Counted from the first letter of the stretch, positions 19,124-29,007 are shown. The stretch: 64,000 nt of DNA from Nitrospinota bacterium (GCA_009873655.1 WAIB01000004.1:10939-74938), one strand, 5' to 3'. The notes: generated by a model from the sequence alone, not told the origin. Made by a program: numbers and translations.

Positions 19124-20935
19124 ATGGGCAATAACGGAAGCGCGCCAGATCTTTCCACCCGCCTGATGCGGATGGTCATTGTAGGACATGTGGACCACGG
19201 CAAATCCACCCTGGTGGGACGGCTGCTCTCGGATACGGGGAGCCTGCCGGAAGGCAAACTCGATTTTGTAAAAAATATCTGTGACCAGCAGGGAAAAACT
19301 TTCGAGTTCGCTTTCCTGCTCGATGCCCTGCAGGAAGAACAGGAACAGGGTATCACCATTGATACTTCGCAAATCTTCTTCCATACCGCCAAAAGAAAAT
19401 ACGTCATCATTGACGCACCTGGCCATAAGGAATTTCTGAAAAATATGGTGACCGGTGCCGCCGATGCCGAAGCCGCACTTCTTCTCATTGACGCCAAAGA
19501 GGGTGTGCAGGAACAGTCACGACGCCATGGTTATATTCTCAAGTTATTGGGGCTCACCCAGGTTGCGGTGGTCATCAATAAAATGGACCTGGTCGGTTAC
19601 GACGAAAACGTTTATACGAAAATCAAAACGGAGTATTCCAGCTTTCTGGAATCCCTTGGCGTTGAAGCAAAAGAATTTATCCCTGTCTCAGCCAAACTGG
19701 GAACGAATATAGCCGAACTCAAAGACGAAATGCCCTGGTACAAAGGCCCGACGGTGTTGAACATGCTCGACCAGTTCGAGAAAAAACCCCGACCCGACCA
19801 TCTCCCTTTCCGCTTTCCCGTGCAGGATGTCTACAAGTTTGACGAACGCAGAATCATTGCAGGAAGAGTGGAATCCGGCAAACTCAAGGTTGGAGATCGC
19901 GTTATCTTCTCCCCTTCGAACAAGCAGGCCGTAGTTAAAACCATCGAAGCCTGGAGCGTACCCGAACAACCGACGTTCGCGACCTCTTCGGAGTCCATCG
20001 GATTTACCCTGGATGAACAGATTTTTGTCGAGCGGGGTGATGTCTGCACCTTGATGGATGAGCTGCCCATTGTATCCACCACTTTTGATGCAAACGTATT
20101 CTGGATGGGACAGAGAAACCTGGAAAAGGGAAGAAAGTTTACGATCAAACTAAACACCCAGGAAGTGGAATGTGAAGTTCATGAATTTAAAAAGGCCATC
20201 GATGCCTCGACCCTGGAAACACTCACCAATCAGGATTACATTGCAAAAAATGATGTCGCGGAACTGACATTAAAAACAAGGTCGCCCGTGGCTTTCGATC
20301 TCTTTGGATCGATCGCAACCACCGGACGATTTGTTCTGGTCGATGAATACGATGTATGCGGAGGTGGAATCATCACCACATATACACCTACTACGCACGA
20401 AGACAAACTAAGGGATGAAGTCCGCACCCGTGACTTTAACTGGATCAAAAGTGATATCAAGCCTGAAGAGCGTGCGTACCGGAATGGACATCGTGCCGCA
20501 TTGATCTTGATCACCGGTGACCCGGGATCAGGAAAAGGTCCGCTTGCAAGAAAACTGGAGCATAGCCTCTTCCAAAATAATTTCCAGAGCTATCTCTTAG
20601 ATAGAAGAAATGTAAACCTGGGTGTCTCTGCAGATTTGAGAAGTTCCGAAGAAGAATCTGCCAGAAGGTTGGGAGAGGTGGCAAAACTGTTTCTCGATGC
20701 GGGGCATGTGGTCATTTCCACCTCCAACGCGTTTCACAGGGAAGACCAGGAAGACTTGAAACTCCTGGCGAATCCATACCAGGTAATAGAAGTGCAAGTC
20801 AGCTCGAAACCGGCAGGTGAACCCGATATTCTGCTTTCTTTGGATGAAGCTCAAAATGCAGCAGAAGCCTCGTCCAAAATTCAGAACTTTCTAAAGGAAA
20901 AGAAGATTCTGATGGGACATAACTACTCCATTTAA
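19124..20935 (+). CDS. cysN: Sulfate adenylyltransferase subunit 1 (GTPase) with a short, degenerate APS-kinase-like C-terminal domain
   Basis: The GTPase motifs are [14 protein letters not shown] and NKMD. The C-terminal roughly 150 aa has the P-loop-like GDPGSGKGP and [11 protein letters not shown], where CysC has GLSGSGKST and LLDGDNVRHGL. Confidence 0.85.
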   Translation: MGNNGSAPDLSTRLMRMVIVGHVDHGKSTLVGRLLSDTGSLPEGKLDFVKNICDQQGKTFEFAFLLDALQEEQEQGITIDTSQIFFHTAKRKYVIIDAPGHKEFLKNMVTGAADAEAALLLIDAKEGVQEQSRRHGYILKLLGLTQVAVVINKMDLVGYDENVYTKIKTEYSSFLESLGVEAKEFIPVSAKLGTNIAELKDEMPWYKGPTVLNMLDQFEKKPRPDHLPFRFPVQDVYKFDERRIIAGRVESGKLKVGDRVIFSPSNKQAVVKTIEAWSVPEQPTFATSSESIGFTLDEQIFVERGDVCTLMDELPIVSTTFDANVFWMGQRNLEKGRKFTIKLNTQEVECEVHEFKKAIDASTLETLTNQDYIAKNDVAELTLKTRSPVAFDLFGSIATTGRFVLVDEYDVCGGGIITTYTPTTHEDKLRDEVRTRDFNWIKSDIKPEERAYRNGHRAALILITGDPGSGKGPLARKLEHSLFQNNFQSYLLDRRNVNLGVSADLRSSEEESARRLGEVAKLFLDAGHVVISTSNAFHREDQEDLKLLANPYQVIEVQVSSKPAGEPDILLSLDEAQNAAEASSKIQNFLKEKKILMGHNYSI

Positions 20936-21024
20936 GAGAATCGGGTTATCCCCAACAGAAAGAGGAAAAGAGCTGCCCCCACGGCGAATGGAAGAAGATC
21001 CTGATGGGGCATAACTATTCTATC
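20900..21024 (+). repeat. Direct repeat of the last 11 codons of cysN (20900-20932) copied 92 nt downstream (20992-21024)
   Basis: 28 of 33 nt are identical. All five differences fall on codon third positions and are synonymous, so both copies encode [11 protein letters not shown]. Confidence 0.8.
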
Positions 21025-21065
21025 TGCTTGTTCTTAAAGGGTTAGTGGCAGGAAAGAGATAAGGA

Positions 21066-21116
21066 TTGACATTGCCGCGTTATTGGGGCATTAATAACGC
21101 TTTCATTTGATAATCA
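21066..21116 (+). promoter_or_regulatory. Putative sigma70-type promoter with overlapping inverted repeats upstream of the ferredoxin-like gene
   Basis: TTGACA (21066-21071) is followed by an 18 nt spacer and ATTAAT (21090-21095). The 8-bp inverted repeat GCGTTATT/AATAACGC (21077-21084 / 21093-21100) straddles the -10 element. A second palindrome, TTTGAT-A-ATCAAA, sits at 21104-21116. Confidence 0.3.
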
Positions 21117-21129
21117 AAGAAGGGTTAAC

Positions 21130-21435
21130 ATGCCAAAGATAAAAGTCATCAATACCGAAACCGAAGAAACCTGGGAGTTTAAGGCAGGTTATGGTGCCAA
21201 TTTAAGGCAGGCCGCCCTTTATAACGATGCCGAAGTGTACAAAGGCCTCAACAAATTCCTCAATTGCCGGGGCAGCGGGTTGTGCGCTAAATGCGTGGTG
21301 GAAGTGGAACCCATGGAAAACGTGAACGGGCGAACCTTCTTCGAAAAAATCCATCGTCTCGAAGACCATCAAAAGCTCGGCTGTCGAATCAAAGTCTACG
21401 GCGATATCACCGTTAAAGCCGCGATTGCGGACTAG
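21130..21435 (+). CDS. 2Fe-2S ferredoxin-like protein
   Basis: The four Cys have spacing C46-x5-C52-x2-C55-x29-C85, close to the plant-type C-x4-C-x2-C-x29-C pattern. The size is about 100 aa. Confidence 0.55.
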   Translation: MPKIKVINTETEETWEFKAGYGANLRQAALYNDAEVYKGLNKFLNCRGSGLCAKCVVEVEPMENVNGRTFFEKIHRLEDHQKLGCRIKVYGDITVKAAIAD

Positions 21436-21511
21436 CACCTTTTCTCCTGTCTTATTTTTTGACCCCCCTGATCATGTGCGTTTTAACCCCTCTGACTGCG
21501 GCGGTTCTCCG

Positions 21512-21859
21512 CTAAATCTGTATCACAATCAATAGAGGCAGCAGGGTAAGCCCGACGGTGGCGATCAGGGCGTGTGTCAAAACATCCCACCTTTTACTGA
21601 AAGGAACCAGGCCGACAATATAGGCAACCACGGCATAATCCATCCACGTGTTTTCATGGTGGGTCTGGTTCATGACCAGGAAATAGATCATGCAAAACGC
21701 AATGGTATAAAAAAGGTATTTATGGGCTTTCAGGGTCTGGACCGTTTTATTTTGAAAACCAATATACATGCCTAAAAATATATTGATCAGATAAAACCCC
21801 ATTGCCGCCAAAATCCAGACGAGAGAGGGAGAAGATAAAATTTTTGGGAAAATTCCCAT
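21512..21859 (-). CDS. Hypothetical small integral membrane protein (about 4 TM segments)
   Basis: The hydrophobic segment pattern supports it. I recognise no family. Confidence 0.45.
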   Translation of the reverse strand: MGIFPKILSSPSLVWILAAMGFYLINIFLGMYIGFQNKTVQTLKAHKYLFYTIAFCMIYFLVMNQTHHENTWMDYAVVAYIVGLVPFSKRWDVLTHALIATVGLTLLPLLIVIQI

Positions 21860-22025
21860 AGGGCATCGGTCTTTTCATTAAAAGCAAAATCAGGCCAAAA
21901 GATTATAGCCTCCATTCCATGCTTTCTCAAAGGTCTCCTTGACAAGAGAATATTGTAGGTTTAAGGTTGGTATGTATAAGAGGTTTAAAATATTTCGATT
22001 TTTATGAAACCGAAAGGGGGATTTT

Positions 22026-22397
22026 GTGAGTGATTCCGACGGTGCTGAAGGAAGTTTTGAAAAGTTATCCAAAGCGATTACCGAGGCGGTGATGACATCG
22101 TCCAAGGTAAAAAAGATCGTTGCGGAAATTCAGAAGAATGAAGAAATCTGTCCGAAAAGTTTTATGGTTCTGGTTCTTAAAATGGAAGTATTGACCGATT
22201 CTCTTGAGCTGGAAGTGGAAGAGGAACTCACCGAAGAACGTCCCGCACCCAAGAAACGCGCTGGCAAAAAATCCCCAAAGAAAGCGCAGTTCATTGATGG
22301 GAAACAACTCACAAAAAAGGAAATTGAGTTCCAGGAATATTCCAGTAAAAAGTTCAATACTGAAGAATGGCTTAAGAAAAACGGGCTCATTTTATAA
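22026..22397 (+). CDS. Hypothetical acidic/basic charged protein
   Basis: It has a GTG start and protein-like composition, with an Asp/Glu-rich block followed by a Lys-rich block. I recognise no family. It competes with the 5' extension of the pcm ORF in another frame. Confidence 0.4.
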   Translation: MSDSDGAEGSFEKLSKAITEAVMTSSKVKKIVAEIQKNEEICPKSFMVLVLKMEVLTDSLELEVEEELTEERPAPKKRAGKKSPKKAQFIDGKQLTKKEIEFQEYSSKKFNTEEWLKKNGLIL

Positions 22398-22485
22398 GCC
22401 CTTCCTACTGGCAGCTGGCTTTTTCTCCTGGTTTCTGTATTCCGGCTTTTCCAAGCCATTCGATTTTGGGTCGGCTCGAAAGCTT

Positions 22486-23100
22486 ATGGTTGAAAACCAG
22501 TTAATGCTTCGCGACATTAATAACGCGGAAGTATTAAATGCCCTTTTAAAGGTTCCCCGCCACTTATTTGTCACACCTGAATACCAACACCTCGCCTATT
22601 CTGATTCGGCTCTCCCTATTACGCACAACCAAACCATTTCGCAACCCTATATTGTTGCGTTGATGACTCAAAGCGCGGAACTTGAAAAAAACCACAGGGT
22701 TCTTGAAATTGGCACAGGCTCCGGGTATCAGGCCGCTGTCCTGGCGGAAATAGTGGATGAAGTCTACACGATTGAAATAATTGAACCCCTTTCTAAAAAA
22801 GCCACACACCTTTTAAAAAAATTAGGCTATAAAAACATCTCTGCAAAATCAGGTGATGGTTACCAGGGATGGAAAGAACACGCTCCCTTTGATGCAATAC
22901 TGATCACCGCTGCCACTCCGGAGATTCCCGCACCTTTGATTGAACAGTTAAAAGTCGGCGGGAAAATGGTTTTGCCTTTTGCTGAATCTTCTTTTTCACA
23001 AAACCTGATTGTTTTGACCAAAAAGAAAAACGGGAAAATGGATAAAAAATTTATTACGGGAGTGAGGTTTGTACCCATGACGGGTGAGGTTCGAAAATGA
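22486..23100 (+). CDS. pcm: Protein-L-isoaspartate O-methyltransferase
   Basis: Motifs are VPRHLFV, QTISQPYIVALM and the SAM motif VLEIGTGSGYQAAVLA. ATG 22486 is the first standard start downstream of the upstream gene; the longer ORF from 22204 would overlap that gene by 194 nt. Confidence 0.85.
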   Translation: MVENQLMLRDINNAEVLNALLKVPRHLFVTPEYQHLAYSDSALPITHNQTISQPYIVALMTQSAELEKNHRVLEIGTGSGYQAAVLAEIVDEVYTIEIIEPLSKKATHLLKKLGYKNISAKSGDGYQGWKEHAPFDAILITAATPEIPAPLIEQLKVGGKMVLPFAESSFSQNLIVLTKKKNGKMDKKFITGVRFVPMTGEVRK

Positions 23101-23915
23101 ATGTGAAAAACAATCGTGTACCTGCAGTGGCTGGAAAGTTTTATCCTGCAAACAGGAATGAACTGAAAAAAAATATCGCGACCCATTTGTTTTCTCCTTT
23201 ACCGCAAAAACAAAAAGCCATCGGCATCGTATCCCCGCACGCGGGATTCATGTACTCAGGGGATGTCGCGGGCGCTGTTTATTCCCGAATAGAAATTCCG
23301 GAAACGGTCGTTTTAATTGGCCCCAACCATACCGGATACGGAGAAAACATTTCCATTATGACGAGCGGAACCTGGTCAATGCCTATGGGGGAGGTATCAG
23401 TCGATGAAACCCTGGCCACCATTATTTGCGAAGAAACTCCCATAGCCAAACCGGACACCCTCGCACATCAATTCGAGCATTCTCTGGAAACCCAATTGCC
23501 TTTCCTTCAATATTTTAAGAAGAATTTTCGTATCGCTCCCATCTGCCTGAAAAAAACAGATTTCGCCACCTGCAAAAAATTAAGTGAGGGAATGGTTAAG
23601 GCCATCAAACGTTTTGGCGAACCTGTTTTAATCATAGCCAGCTCAGACATGACGCATTTTGAAACCCACAGGGAAGCAAAAGAAAAGGATAAAAAAGCCA
23701 TCTCCAAAATCGAAAACCGGGATGCTTTTGGACTTCACGAAACAGTACGTAAAGAACAAATTTCCATGTGCGGAGTCAATCCCGTCACGGTAATGCTGCT
23801 ATGTTCGGAAAAGTTAGGGGCCAGACAAACGGAACTGGTGAGGTATATGACTTCCGGAGAAGTGAATGGGGATAAAAATCGTGTGGTGGGATATGCCGGG
23901 GTAATCGTATCCTGA
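23097..23915 (+). CDS. AmmeMemoRadiSam system protein B (Memo-like)
   Basis: AGKFYPANRNELKKNI ... VSPHAGFMYSGDVAGAVYS ... SSDMTHF is the typical Memo/AmmeMemoRadiSam-B pattern. Confidence 0.75.
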   Translation: MNVKNNRVPAVAGKFYPANRNELKKNIATHLFSPLPQKQKAIGIVSPHAGFMYSGDVAGAVYSRIEIPETVVLIGPNHTGYGENISIMTSGTWSMPMGEVSVDETLATIICEETPIAKPDTLAHQFEHSLETQLPFLQYFKKNFRIAPICLKKTDFATCKKLSEGMVKAIKRFGEPVLIIASSDMTHFETHREAKEKDKKAISKIENRDAFGLHETVRKEQISMCGVNPVTVMLLCSEKLGARQTELVRYMTSGEVNGDKNRVVGYAGVIVS

Positions 23916-23917
23916 GT

Positions 23918-24298
23918 TTAGAATTTACATTGCATCAACTCGATTTCATATTTGTCCGGATCTTCCGTAAAGATAAACCGGGTTCCGTTTGAAGATTCAA
24001 CAGGACCCTCGGTGATGGGAACGCCTGCCACTTTAAGTTTTTCCATGCAGGCTTCCAGATCATCCACCTCAAATGCAAGGTGAACCAGGTCTTCGGGAAC
24101 ATGGACATTCCCGGAATCCGTGAAAGAACATAGTTCCAATTCACAGTCCATACCAGGAAACTTCAGAAAAACCAGTTTGGAACCCCGGGGTGAGGTTTTC
24201 TGTTCCACCACTTCCATTCCCAGAATATCCCGGTAAAAGGAAATCGATTTACCCATATCAGAAACCCGGAACCGGGTGTGTAAATATTTTTTAATCAT
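23918..24298 (-). CDS. VOC family protein (glyoxalase I-like)
   Basis: It is about 126 aa with the glyoxalase pattern HTRFRVSDMGKSISFYRDILGM ... HLAFEVDD ... YEIELMQ. Confidence 0.7.
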   Translation of the reverse strand: MIKKYLHTRFRVSDMGKSISFYRDILGMEVVEQKTSPRGSKLVFLKFPGMDCELELCSFTDSGNVHVPEDLVHLAFEVDDLEACMEKLKVAGVPITEGPVESSNGTRFIFTEDPDKYEIELMQCKF

Positions 24299-25677
24299 GG
24301 TTCGTAATCAAACTGAACGACGGGTTGATATTTGTCCATTTGTTTTTTGATGATCGCGACCAGTTCCTTCAACCTTTCTTCACTGACCGCTTCCAGCCGA
24401 AGAACAAGGACAGGTTGCGTATTTGAAGCCCTGATCAAGGCCCATCCGTCATCAAAATTGACCCGGACTCCATCAATATCGATCACCTCATATTGTTCTC
24501 GGAAAATTTCTGTTAATTCACGGACAATTTCAAACTTTTTGTCATCGGGGCAGTCAATTCTAATTTCAGGGGTATAAGCTGTTTCGGGAAGATCGGTCAG
24601 CATTTCAGATACCTTCTTGTCAGATTGCGCGACAATTTGCAAAACCCGGCAGGCCGCGAAAATGGCATCATCGAAACCGTAATAATTGTCCGCGAAACAG
24701 ATGTGTCCGCTCATTTCTCCGGCAAGCAAGGCTGACGTTTCCTGCATTTTCTTTTTTATCAGAGAATGTCCCGCGGCCGCCATAACAGGGACACCGCCGT
24801 GTTTTTCAATATCCTTGTAAAGGTTTTGGGAGCACTTTACTTCCCCCACAATGGTCGCTCCCGGGTTTCGCGAAAGAATATCGCGTGCGAAAAGGGTGAG
24901 CAACTGGTCGCCCCACAAAATGTTTCCCTTTTCATCCACCACCCCTATTCTGTCTGCATCACCATCAAATCCAATACCCAGTTCTGCTTTTTCCGAACGG
25001 ACTCTTTCAATCAAGTCGGCGAGGTTTTCCGCAACGGTCGGGTCGGGATGGTGATTGGGAAATGTACCATCCGGCTCACTGAACTGTTCAATGGGAGTTT
25101 GTCCCAACTTCCTTAATAAATCCGGGCCAACGATTCCGAAACAACCATTGCCCCCATCCACCACCATCTTTATTTTCCTCGGAAGTTTTATAATGGAACA
25201 TATTTTTTCCATATAATCCGGCAACACAGACTGTTGCCGGGTGCTGCCTGCTCCCGTTTCGAAGTCATTCGCCTCGATCAGCGCTTTCAACTCCTGCACT
25301 TTTTTTCCATATAAACTATGAGTTCCCTGGCTGATCTTGAACCCGTTGAACTCTGGCGGGTTGTGGCTGCCCGTGATCATGACGCCGCCATCGGCATTGA
25401 AATGGTGAAGGGCAAAATACGTTACCGGTGTGGGGACCATTCCGATATCAATTACATCGCAACCGGTGGAATTCAATGCTTGAGAAAGAATGTCCCTGAA
25501 TTCGATCGAACTGGATCGCACATCCCTGCCCAGGATCAGGGTCCTACCCCCCCCACGCCTGATATAAGTGCCAACCGCTTTGCCTATACTTGTTACCGAT
25601 TCGGGAGTGAGGTCTTTCCCCACGATACCCCGGATATCATATTCTCGAAAAATTTGGGGATTGATAGTTGATGTCAT
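24295..25677 (-). CDS. Phosphomannomutase/phosphoglucomutase (alpha-D-phosphohexomutase family)
   Basis: It has the active-site loop TGSHNPPEFNGFK, the metal loop GFDGDADR and the sugar loop GEMSGH. Confidence 0.85.
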   Translation of the reverse strand: MTSTINPQIFREYDIRGIVGKDLTPESVTSIGKAVGTYIRRGGGRTLILGRDVRSSSIEFRDILSQALNSTGCDVIDIGMVPTPVTYFALHHFNADGGVMITGSHNPPEFNGFKISQGTHSLYGKKVQELKALIEANDFETGAGSTRQQSVLPDYMEKICSIIKLPRKIKMVVDGGNGCFGIVGPDLLRKLGQTPIEQFSEPDGTFPNHHPDPTVAENLADLIERVRSEKAELGIGFDGDADRIGVVDEKGNILWGDQLLTLFARDILSRNPGATIVGEVKCSQNLYKDIEKHGGVPVMAAAGHSLIKKKMQETSALLAGEMSGHICFADNYYGFDDAIFAACRVLQIVAQSDKKVSEMLTDLPETAYTPEIRIDCPDDKKFEIVRELTEIFREQYEVIDIDGVRVNFDDGWALIRASNTQPVLVLRLEAVSEERLKELVAIIKKQMDKYQPVVQFDYEP

Positions 25678-25737
25678 GGGATCCGTTTAAATTTGTTAAT
25701 AATTTAAAAAGAAAGTCTTTTGTTTTCAGTTCATGTT

Positions 25738-27054
25738 TCAGGAAGCCGGGTTTTCTTCAAAGGTATTCTCGGTGCCTTCATTTTTTTCGGGTTTTTTTAT
25801 CAATGTGCTGGTCACCTCAAAAGTTTTTCCATCCCGAAACACGGTTAAGTTTATAACCTGACCCGGCACCAGGGCCAATAGTTTCCTGCGAAATACAACA
25901 AAATTGTCGATGGGTTCATGGTTGAATTCGACAAGAATATCCTTCGGTTTGAGCCCTGAATCTTCTGCAGGGCTTCCCTTCCCTACCTCTTTTATAATCA
26001 GCCCTCCTGGTCCTGAAAAACCAAGATCCGCCGCTTGTCCGTTGGAAACCGGAACGGCACTGGCCCCCAGCCACCCGCGCTCTGCTTCCCCGACAACCAG
26101 CATCCCCATGACCTCTTTCACCGTATTTATGGGAATCGCAAATCCAATCAATTGAGCCTGCTGGATAATGGCCGTATTGATTCCAACCACCTCGCCATGG
26201 AGGTTTATCAGGGGACCTCCACTACTCCCAGGGTTTATTGCCGAATCCGTTTGCAGGAAATTTACAAATCGATCTTTGGGATGTGGGGAAATTCTCTCTT
26301 TTGCGCTGATCAGTCCAGATGTCACCGAGTGCTGGAACCCTAACGGATTCCCCATTGCCAGAACCACTTCTCCCATATGAAGAGAATCAGAATCACCAAA
26401 CGGGAGAACGGTAGGAATAAAATCAGGATCGATTTTTATCAGCGCCGTATCCGATAAGCGATCAATGCCTATTATTCGCGCAGGATATTCTTTTTGTTCT
26501 TCAGAAAGAACCACGCGAATATCCAGGGCATTGGAAATCACATGAGCGTTGGTCAGAATATATCCTTGTTGATTGATTATAAATCCCGACCCCAGGCTCA
26601 GCCCTTCGGTATTAAAAGGAACCGGAACCTGAAAAGGAACAAAATCTAAAATACTGGAAACAATGGGAATGTTAAACGGCAGCAACCTGTTTGGATCGAT
26701 CCCGATTTTCGCATCCTTCTCTTCCAGCCGTACGGTATAAATATTGACCACAGCGGGTTTGACAGATTCAGAAATGCGGGCAAAGGTCTGGTTATCTATA
26801 ATAACAGGCTCTCTTTTTGCGCTGTCTTCAACATCGTCCAATCGCGTCCAAAAATTTTTCAGGTCGATATCTTCAATCGAAATATCCTGAAAACGCTTGT
26901 CGAAAATAGGCGCATCTTTATCAACCAGCACTTTGTCCACCTGGGTTGATGACTGAGAAACGGTACAAGCCTGGGTTGTCAGGCACAATATCCCCAAAAA
27001 AAAGATAGTGTTGAGTCTAAAGAAACATTTAGAAAAAATAAGGGAGGACAACAT
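25738..27054 (-). CDS. Periplasmic serine endoprotease, HtrA/DegP family (trypsin-like domain plus one PDZ)
   Basis: It has a signal peptide and triad context TNAHV ... D ... GSSGGPLIN. The C-terminus is PDZ-like (GLIIKEVGKGSPAEDSGLKPKDILVEFN). Confidence 0.8.
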   Translation of the reverse strand: MLSSLIFSKCFFRLNTIFFLGILCLTTQACTVSQSSTQVDKVLVDKDAPIFDKRFQDISIEDIDLKNFWTRLDDVEDSAKREPVIIDNQTFARISESVKPAVVNIYTVRLEEKDAKIGIDPNRLLPFNIPIVSSILDFVPFQVPVPFNTEGLSLGSGFIINQQGYILTNAHVISNALDIRVVLSEEQKEYPARIIGIDRLSDTALIKIDPDFIPTVLPFGDSDSLHMGEVVLAMGNPLGFQHSVTSGLISAKERISPHPKDRFVNFLQTDSAINPGSSGGPLINLHGEVVGINTAIIQQAQLIGFAIPINTVKEVMGMLVVGEAERGWLGASAVPVSNGQAADLGFSGPGGLIIKEVGKGSPAEDSGLKPKDILVEFNHEPIDNFVVFRRKLLALVPGQVINLTVFRDGKTFEVTSTLIKKPEKNEGTENTFEENPAS

Positions 27055-27836
27055 TAGAAGGGGTTTCGGGTTAAACCGCCATCAATTGTGAAATTCGTGG
27101 CAGTGATCCATGCAGACTTTTCGGAAGCAAGGAATAAAACGAGTCCGGTCAGATCTTCCGGCACTCCCATTCGTTTTAAGGGGATATTTTTACCGGTCTG
27201 TTCCATAATATTTTTTTTAGCCTGTTCAAAGGAGATTTCGTTTTCCTGGGCTTTCGCTTCTTCCTCCCATGACCGGCTCCATACCGGACCCGGGGAAACG
27301 GAGTTTACGCAGATGTCGTCCAGAGTTTGCGCGAGGGAAACCGTCAGGTTAGACAGCCCTGCTTTCATCGCACTGTAATGCGGAAATATCTCTTGCGGGT
27401 GAGATGCCGCGATCGATGATATGTTAATAATCCTGGCACATGAAGATTCGCGCAAAAAAGGAATACTCAACCGGCACAATCGAACCGCGGACATCAGGTT
27501 CAACTGGAAGGAATTTTCCCAGTCTTCGTCGGAAACTTCAAAGAAGTTCCCCAGCTTCAAAACAGCACCGACATTGTTGACCAGAACATCTATCCCGCCG
27601 AAAGATTCCCGCACCTTGTCAAAAAATGCCTGAATCCCCTCGGCTTTGGAAAGATCTGCGGAAAAAAACAGATGACCGGAACCTTCAATCTCTTTCCCAA
27701 GAGATTCCAGTCCCTCTGAACCACGCGAACAACCTGCCACCAGTGCCCCTTCTTTTCCAAAAGCCAGAGCGATGGCCCTGCCAATGCCATCTGCCGCACC
27801 GGTCACGATAACTTTTCGGTTTTTCAAAGAGGACAA
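27054..27836 (-). CDS. SDR family oxidoreductase
   Basis: It has TGAADGIGRAIA (TGxxxGxG), NNVG and the catalytic YSAMK. Confidence 0.75.
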   Translation of the reverse strand: MSSLKNRKVIVTGAADGIGRAIALAFGKEGALVAGCSRGSEGLESLGKEIEGSGHLFFSADLSKAEGIQAFFDKVRESFGGIDVLVNNVGAVLKLGNFFEVSDEDWENSFQLNLMSAVRLCRLSIPFLRESSCARIINISSIAASHPQEIFPHYSAMKAGLSNLTVSLAQTLDDICVNSVSPGPVWSRSWEEEAKAQENEISFEQAKKNIMEQTGKNIPLKRMGVPEDLTGLVLFLASEKSAWITATNFTIDGGLTRNPF

Positions 27837-27852
27837 TTTAAGAGTTCAACCA

Positions 27853-29007
27853 TTAATATAGTGGAACAGAAGAGTCGATCTTTTCTGACCATTCATTGAT
27901 GCCGCCGCGCATGCTTTTCAGGTTATTAAATCCCATCTCCTGGAGCGCCTTGAGGGCCTTCATAGAGCGCACCCCTGCTTTACAATGCAAAACAATCTGT
28001 TCGTCTTGCTTCAAACCGTTGAGTTTGGAAGGATCTTTTGCTTCTATGTCTCCAAGCGGGATTAGAATAGCGCCCCCGATTTTACAAATATCGTACTCGG
28101 AGGGTTCACGCACATCGACCAGCCTGAATGCCTGTTTGTTGTCGATCATCTGCTTGACCTGCTCGACACCGATTTCCATTTCATCGTCTTCTGGAGATTC
28201 TTCAACCGGAAGAATGCCGCAGAACTCCTCATAGTCGATCAATTCTTTAATCGTCGGGTTGTCACCGCAAATAGGACAAGCTCTGTCTTTTTTGAGTTTC
28301 ATTTCCCTGAACTTCATGGACAAGGCATCAAACAACAGCAGACGGCCTACCAGGGTTTCCCCTTTACCAAGAATCATTTTGACCGCTTCATTCGCCTGAA
28401 TGAGCCCTACTATTCCCGGAAGGATTCCAATAACACCCCCTTCGGCGCAACTTGGGACCAGCCCGGGTGGAGGCGGTTCGGGATACAGACACCGGTAACA
28501 GGGCCCGACTCGCGAATCGAATACGGAAGCCTGGCCCTCGAACCTCAGAATACATCCGTAAATATAGGGTTTGTTCAACAGCACACAGGCGTCACTCGCA
28601 AGATAACGAGTGGGAAAATTATCGGTGCCATCAATGATGATGTCGTAGTCCTTAAAAATGTCCATCACATTTTCAGAGGACAATCTCACATTGTAGGTCT
28701 TCACATCAATGCTGGAGTTCAGGTCTGCAATCCGCTCTTTTGCGGAATCCACCTTGAGCTTTCCAACCGTTGATTCGCCGTGAGCCACCTGCCTTTGCAG
28801 GTTGCTGAAATCCACTACATCGAAATCAATCAATCCCAGAGTTCCAACTCCTGCCGCGGCCAGGTAAAGTGCCAGGGGAGAACCCAGACCCCCGGTACCG
28901 ATCAAAAGAACTTTTGCGTTACAAATTTTTTCCTGCCCCTCAACACCCACTTCGGGAAGCAATAAATGCCGACTGTAGCGGTTGATTTGATCTGTCGTCA
29001 AAGCCAT
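27853..29007 (-). CDS. moeB: Molybdopterin-synthase/sulfur-carrier adenylyltransferase with C-terminal rhodanese domain (MoeB/MoeZ type)
   Basis: RYSRHLLLPEVG, the GTGGLGS nucleotide loop, the Zn CxxC pairs (CYRC, CPIC) and the rhodanese active-site loop HCKAGVRS are all present. Confidence 0.85.
   Translation of the reverse strand: MALTTDQINRYSRHLLLPEVGVEGQEKICNAKVLLIGTGGLGSPLALYLAAAGVGTLGLIDFDVVDFSNLQRQVAHGESTVGKLKVDSAKERIADLNSSIDVKTYNVRLSSENVMDIFKDYDIIIDGTDNFPTRYLASDACVLLNKPYIYGCILRFEGQASVFDSRVGPCYRCLYPEPPPPGLVPSCAEGGVIGILPGIVGLIQANEAVKMILGKGETLVGRLLLFDALSMKFREMKLKKDRACPICGDNPTIKELIDYEEFCGILPVEESPEDDEMEIGVEQVKQMIDNKQAFRLVDVREPSEYDICKIGGAILIPLGDIEAKDPSKLNGLKQDEQIVLHCKAGVRSMKALKALQEMGFNNLKSMRGGINEWSEKIDSSVPLY

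Noticed and set aside
21098-21116. A Fur-box-like core TGATAATCA upstream of the ferredoxin-like gene.
   Set aside because: Only 9 of 19 positions match the GATAATGATAATCATTATC consensus (the central core only). I kept it as an unassigned palindrome in the promoter feature rather than as a Fur site.
22204-22485. A 5' extension of the pcm ORF (298-aa version) overlapping the upstream 123-aa ORF.
   Set aside because: The extension is a very basic, low-complexity translation of the alternative frame of a Lys/Glu-rich gene. The Pcm homology begins only near ATG 22486. I found no ATG, GTG or TTG in frame between 22339 and 22486.
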